Shown: positions 59,851 to 64,000 of the stretch, in pieces
How the letters are laid out: every line of letters begins with the position of its first letter
Position numbering within the stretch: the stretch's first letter is position 1
Source of the DNA: an uncultured delta proteobacterium
GTDB taxonomy: Bacteria > Myxococcota_A > Polyangia > Palsa-1104
Direction of reading: 5' to 3'
Assembly (NCBI GenBank): GCA_963785725.1
Contig: CAWAWS010000029.1
Coordinates: forward strand, 1-64,000
DNA: 64,000 nt
Translations under genes and position numbers: made by a program
Notes under the pieces: generated by a model
Seen by the model: the letters and a program-made list of their open reading frames with translations, nothing else
Databases searched by the model: none
Told to the model about the DNA's origin: nothing

Positions 59851-61359
59851 TTACGCCATGACTCGCCGCGCGGTGGGCGCGGTCGTCGTCGTCGTCGTTG
59901 CGGATTCGGCGTCGCTGCTGTCGCGTCGCGTCGTCGTCGCCTGATCGTTCGGCAGCGGGGTCGGCTGCTCGCGCGCGGCGGAATCGCCGGACGAGCCCGT
60001 GTTCAGCTCGGCCAACGTCAAGCCGTGACCGGCGAGCGCGTCGCGCAAGCTGCCGGCGTTGTCGGCGAGTGACGTCGCCATCGCATCGGACGCCGCCGCC
60101 GCTTGCACGCGGACGTGGTGCGCGCTGGCGGCGATGGTGAGCGCGATGCGATCGGCGCCTTCACCGACGGTAATGGACGCGCGCGCGCTGGTCGACTGCG
60201 GCAACACGGGCGGCTCGACCGGCGCGGCGGCGCGCACCGAATCGGCTTTCGTCGTCGCGAAAGGACGCGCGTAGGTCGGCGCGCCGGTAAAGGTCGCGAA
60301 GTTTTCGCTCGCCGTCGTTTTGCCGGCGGATTCGCCCGCTTTCGGCTCGCTCGCGACCCGCGCCGTTTCGCGCGCGGCCGTGCTGGCGACGGCCGCCGAC
60401 GTCGCCGTCGTCGTCGTCGCCGCGACCGCGCGCGGATCGGCGCTCGCCGCCGGCGCCGGCGCGTTCGCCGGCAAGGCGGCCGCTGCAGTCGTCGTCACCG
60501 TGGCGTTGGCGTCGGCCGCCGTCGTCGCGACGTTGGCCGGCGGCGCTTGACGCTCACCGCTCGTCGCCGACTCGGCGTCGCCGTCGTCTTTCGCGCTCGC
60601 GTCGTCGATCTGGGTAGCCGCGGCGTGCGTGTGGGTCGCATGCGCGGCTTTGCCACTCGTCGCCGTCGCGTTCACGCTCGGCTTGCTGGCCGTCGCGCTC
60701 GGTTTGCTGGCCGTCGCGACCGGTTTGCCGGCGACGCGCGCGACGCCGATGGCCGTCGTGCTCTCGGCGGTCAGCGCGCTCGCGGCCGCGGCCGTGGTCG
60801 CGCTCGTCGTCACGCTCGCCGCCACATTCAATAGGGCCGTGGTGGCGCCTGTCGTCGTCGTGGTTGCGTTCGTGGCAGCCGCGTTCGCCGTCGGCGTGCC
60901 AGTCGCCGTAGCGTTGGCAGCGAGCGCGCTCGTGGCTGCGGTCGTCGTCGTCGCGGTCGTCGTCGTCGCGGTCGTCGTCGAGGGCGTGTTCGTCAGGCCG
61001 AGCGTCGCCGCGTCGTCCGCCGCCGGCGCAGCTTGAGCGCCGTCAGCCGTCGCCGGCGCGCCAGCTCCGTCGGCGGTCGCCGTGCCGTCAACATCGACGC
61101 CCGCGTCAACCACCCCATGATCGCCGCCGCCATCGGCAGCACGAAGCGCCTGCGCCGCCCGTGTGGCCGCGATGTCGTCAACTTTGTCATCCTCTCCGCC
61201 CACCTTGGAATCGGTCGCGGCGGCCGGCTGCGGCGGCGGCGCCGGCTGCGTCCGCAGCGCGCTCAATGCCGCCGCGAACTGGCCGCTCTCGAGCGGCGTC
61301 TGCGTCGTCTCGCGCTCGGCGCGCGCATGCGTCGTATTATTGAATCGACCGATCTTCAT
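59851..61359 (-). CDS. fliK: Hook-length control protein FliK (502 aa)
   Basis: Between fliJ and flgD; long Ala/Thr low-complexity region; C-domain ending SLRDALAGHGL. Confidence 0.75.
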   Translation of the reverse strand: MKIGRFNNTTHARAERETTQTPLESGQFAAALSALRTQPAPPPQPAAATDSKVGGEDDKVDDIAATRAAQALRAADGGGDHGVVDAGVDVDGTATADGAGAPATADGAQAAPAADDAATLGLTNTPSTTTATTTTATTTTAATSALAANATATGTPTANAAATNATTTTTGATTALLNVAASVTTSATTAAAASALTAESTTAIGVARVAGKPVATASKPSATASKPSVNATATSGKAAHATHTHAAATQIDDASAKDDGDAESATSGERQAPPANVATTAADANATVTTTAAAALPANAPAPAASADPRAVAATTTTATSAAVASTAARETARVASEPKAGESAGKTTASENFATFTGAPTYARPFATTKADSVRAAAPVEPPVLPQSTSARASITVGEGADRIALTIAASAHHVRVQAAAASDAMATSLADNAGSLRDALAGHGLTLAELNTGSSGDSAAREQPTPLPNDQATTTRRDSSDAESATTTTTTAPTARRVMA

Positions 61360-61778
61360 CGCGACCTCGTCGACGAAAGATCGTCCGCCAGCGACTGCTC
61401 GGCCGCGTGCCGCTTGGCGGCGATCTCGGCGCGCGTCTGATCGATCTGCTCGTCGCAGCTGCGCACGGCGCGTTCGCGCTCCTGCAGCACCTTCTGCGCT
61501 TTGCGCGTGCGATCTTGTGCGGCCGCTTGCATCTTGATGGCGTCTAACTGCAGAACCCGTGCCCGCTCGATCTCCTCGACAAACCCCAGCCAATCCGCGG
61601 CGCGCTTCGCCTGAATGGGCGGATGGTCGAGCCGAGCGTCAATTTCGCGGACGATCTGCTGCGTCTTCTGCTGCGCGTCGTGCAGCGCGCGGCCGGCTTC
61701 ACCCGCTTGCGCGGCGGCCACATCGCGAATACGCGTGCGCGCCGCCTTCAGCCGCTTCAACGTCTGCAGCTTACTCAC
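61356..61778 (-). CDS. fliJ: Export protein FliJ
   Basis: 140-aa coiled coil after fliI, ending EQSLADDL. Confidence 0.75.
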   Translation of the reverse strand: MSKLQTLKRLKAARTRIRDVAAAQAGEAGRALHDAQQKTQQIVREIDARLDHPPIQAKRAADWLGFVEEIERARVLQLDAIKMQAAAQDRTRKAQKVLQERERAVRSCDEQIDQTRAEIAAKRHAAEQSLADDLSSTRSR

Positions 61779-63082
61779 GCGGCATTTCCGATGGCCTTGC
61801 CGAGCGCCTGCATCGTCGAGCTGTAGTCGCTGCGTTCGTGGCTGGGTTGGCGCGCCCAGCCGTCAAATCTGTCACCGAACGCCAACGCCTCGTCGTAGGG
61901 CGCGTGCGTGCCCGGCGTGTAGGCGCCGAGGCTGCGCAGCTCCTCCACTTCCCGACGCGTGGCGATCAACCGCCGCGCTTTGCCGATGACCTGCTGCGCA
62001 TCGGGCGTCGTCACCTTCTGCAGCACGCGCGACGTCGACGACAAGAGATCGACCGCCGGAAAGTGCCCGCGCTCGGCCAGCGAACGCGAGAGCACGATGT
62101 GGCCGTCGAGCAGCGAGCGCGCCGAGTCGGCGACCGGATCGGACAGCTCGTCACCTTCGACGAGCACGGTGTAGATGCCGGTGATCGAGCCGCCGCCGTT
62201 GAGCGGCGCCACGCGCTCGAGCAGCTTGGGCATGATCGCGAACACGCTCGGCGGATAGCCCTTCGTCGCCGGCAGCTCGCCCGCGGCCAGGCCGATCTCA
62301 CGCAGCGCCATGCAGTAACGCGTCAGCGAGTCGATCACCAACAGCACGTGCTTGCCGCGGTCGCGAAAGTATTCGGCGATGGCGGTGGCGACTTGGGCGC
62401 CGCGCGCGCGCTCGAGCGGCGAGCGATCCGACGTCGCCGCGACGACGATGCTCTTCGACATGCCGTTCGAGACCAAGAGGTCGTGGACTTCGCAGCCGCG
62501 CTCGCCGATCAAGCCGACCACGGTGATGTCGGCGTTCGACTGATCCAAGATCTGCCGCATGAGCACGGTCTTGCCGACGCCGGCGCCGGCGAAGATGCCG
62601 ACGCGCTGGCCGCGACCGAGCGTCAACAGGGCGTCGATGGCGCGCACGCCCGTGTCCAGGCGCTGGTCGACGCTGCGGCGCGCGCCCAGCGGCGGGCCTT
62701 CGGCGTCGACGGGCACGCGATCTTTGACGTTCGGCGCCGGCTTGCCGTCGAGCGGCCGGCCGAAGGGATCGATGATGCGGCCGAGCAGCGCCTCGCCGGC
62801 GACCGTCTCGGCCAGCGTGCCTTTGCGGCGCACGCGCGCGCCCACTTCCAAGCCGCGCAAGTCGGAGAACGGCTGCACCAGCGCGCGATCGCCGCGAAAG
62901 CCGGTGACGGCGCCCGCGACTTTGCTGCGGTTGCAGTTGATCTCGACGAGATCGCCGACGCGCGCGCCGTCGAGAAAGGCTTCGATCTGCGTGGCCGAGG
63001 CTTCGGCGATGCGTCCGTAGGCGACCGGCTTGACGGCGTCGCGCAACAGCGGCGTGAGCACGCGCGAGTCGGCGTCGTTCAT
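61775..63082 (-). CDS. fliI: Export ATPase FliI
   Basis: GQRVGIFAGAGVGKT, GERGCEV, DSLTRY, GYPPSVF, LDGHIVLSR. Confidence 0.96.
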   Translation of the reverse strand: MNDADSRVLTPLLRDAVKPVAYGRIAEASATQIEAFLDGARVGDLVEINCNRSKVAGAVTGFRGDRALVQPFSDLRGLEVGARVRRKGTLAETVAGEALLGRIIDPFGRPLDGKPAPNVKDRVPVDAEGPPLGARRSVDQRLDTGVRAIDALLTLGRGQRVGIFAGAGVGKTVLMRQILDQSNADITVVGLIGERGCEVHDLLVSNGMSKSIVVAATSDRSPLERARGAQVATAIAEYFRDRGKHVLLVIDSLTRYCMALREIGLAAGELPATKGYPPSVFAIMPKLLERVAPLNGGGSITGIYTVLVEGDELSDPVADSARSLLDGHIVLSRSLAERGHFPAVDLLSSTSRVLQKVTTPDAQQVIGKARRLIATRREVEELRSLGAYTPGTHAPYDEALAFGDRFDGWARQPSHERSDYSSTMQALGKAIGNAA

Positions 63083-63768
63083 GCGACCTTCCGCTGACCG
63101 GCGCCGGCGCCCGACGTGCCGAGCGCGTCGGCGAGCGCGCCGCGCACCGCCTCCAGCCGCTCGTCGAGCGAGCTGTCGACGACGCGGCGCGAATTCTCGA
63201 CGACGCAGCCGGCCGGGCCGACCGACTCGTCGGGCACGAAGCGCACGGCGTCGGCCAATTCCGGCTTGAGCTCGACGACGACGTCAATCTCGGCCGCCGT
63301 CATGCGCACTTGCGGCAGCTCTTCGCCACCGAGCGCCGCGATGCCGGCTTCCACATGCTCCAAAATCAGCGACGGATCGGTCTGCGCTTCACGGCCGATC
63401 ACCTCGCGCGCGATCAACAGCACCAAGTCGAGCACGCGCTCGGGCGACGCCGGCCGCGCCACCGACTGCGCCGCCAGCTTGGCGATGCCCTCGGCGTACC
63501 GCGTCTGCATCGACTTGAGCTTCGCGGCCTCCGCTTCCAGCTGCCGCATCATGGCGTCGTGCTGCGCCTGCGGATCGATCTGCTGCTGCTGCGCGTTGTC
63601 GTTGGCCGCGTGGCCATGCGGCATGTGCGTGGGCGCGAACGGGTCGCGCACGGCCGGTGTCGCGCTCGCTTCCAGCCACGCCGGCGCCTGCGCGCGTTCG
63701 GCTACAGCCAAGCGCGGAATCAGCGCGGTCGCCTGACGATCGGTGACGATGCGGCCTTTGCGGATCAT
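63079..63768 (-). CDS. fliH: Export protein FliH
   Basis: IAREVIGRE, PDESVGPAGCVVEN...VDSSLDERL; between fliG and fliI. Confidence 0.85.
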   Translation of the reverse strand: MIRKGRIVTDRQATALIPRLAVAERAQAPAWLEASATPAVRDPFAPTHMPHGHAANDNAQQQQIDPQAQHDAMMRQLEAEAAKLKSMQTRYAEGIAKLAAQSVARPASPERVLDLVLLIAREVIGREAQTDPSLILEHVEAGIAALGGEELPQVRMTAAEIDVVVELKPELADAVRFVPDESVGPAGCVVENSRRVVDSSLDERLEAVRGALADALGTSGAGAGQRKVA

Positions 63769-64000
63769 TTAGACCAACTTCTCCCCGCCGCCCGACGACG
63801 GCAGCGCGAGCTTGCCCTGCTGCGACATCTTCATCGCCGTATCGACCACGTCGCGCTGCGCCTTCTCGACGTCCGAGAGCTTGGTCGGCGGCATCATCGA
63901 CAGGTCCTCGCGCATCGACTCGGCCGCGCGCGCCGACACCGCCGAGAGGAACTTGTTGCGCAGCTCCTCCGACGCCGTCTTGAGCGCGAGCAGCATCGTC
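63769..64000 (-). CDS. fliG: Rotor protein FliG, C-terminal part (continues beyond the window)
   Basis: LALKTAS, SARAAESMREDL, KLSDVEKAQ. Confidence 0.92.
   Translation of the reverse strand, partial: TMLLALKTASEELRNKFLSAVSARAAESMREDLSMMPPTKLSDVEKAQRDVVDTAMKMSQQGKLALPSSGGGEKLV

Noticed and set aside
50295..63768. Non-flagellar type III secretion system
   Set aside because: Flagellin, hook, L/P rings, FlhF/FlhG and stators are present; no secretin or needle genes.

Overview
High-GC bacterial DNA. The left-half gene content points to Myxococcota, probably Polyangia-like (inference): Ser/Thr kinase with PEGA domain, TPR and lipoprotein modules, an ECF sigma/anti-sigma unit, a STAS/SEC14-like protein and an spd/mt-type EF-G. 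Positions 1-26.7 kb hold mixed housekeeping and signalling genes. These include an ECF unit with a shared promoter motif, arsC-like, a heavily frameshifted fusA, an M23 peptidase, DUF4261/AAA+/TerB-like, nitronate monooxygenase, a kinase/TPR/lipoprotein unit, a tandem-duplicated Cys-rich gene, bcp, Nudix, gltA, a histidine kinase, a sigma54-driven ceramide-glucosyltransferase-like gene and a START protein. Positions 27-64 kb hold a near-complete polar flagellar system. Two motAB stator pairs and fliL lie on the + strand, followed by a three-gene heme/Tat insert. A ~28 kb minus-strand block runs fliG(partial)-fliHIJK-flgDE-fliMNOPQR-flhBAFG-fliA-flgFGAHIJ-flgMNKL-fliC-fliD-fliS-fliS-like-fliT-like, with recognisable sigma28 and sigma54 promoters. 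The main highlight is this flagellar system in a lineage whose cultured members are known as non-flagellated. It has several odd parts: an FlgJ-M23 fusion, MotB with 26 pentapeptide repeats, FlhB NPTE, FliK without PxxLG and FliM without a canonical CheY-binding motif. The frameshifts in fusA, flgE and the first gene look like consensus artefacts. No tRNA, rRNA, CRISPR array or transposase was found. All family calls are by eye from motifs; no searches were run.
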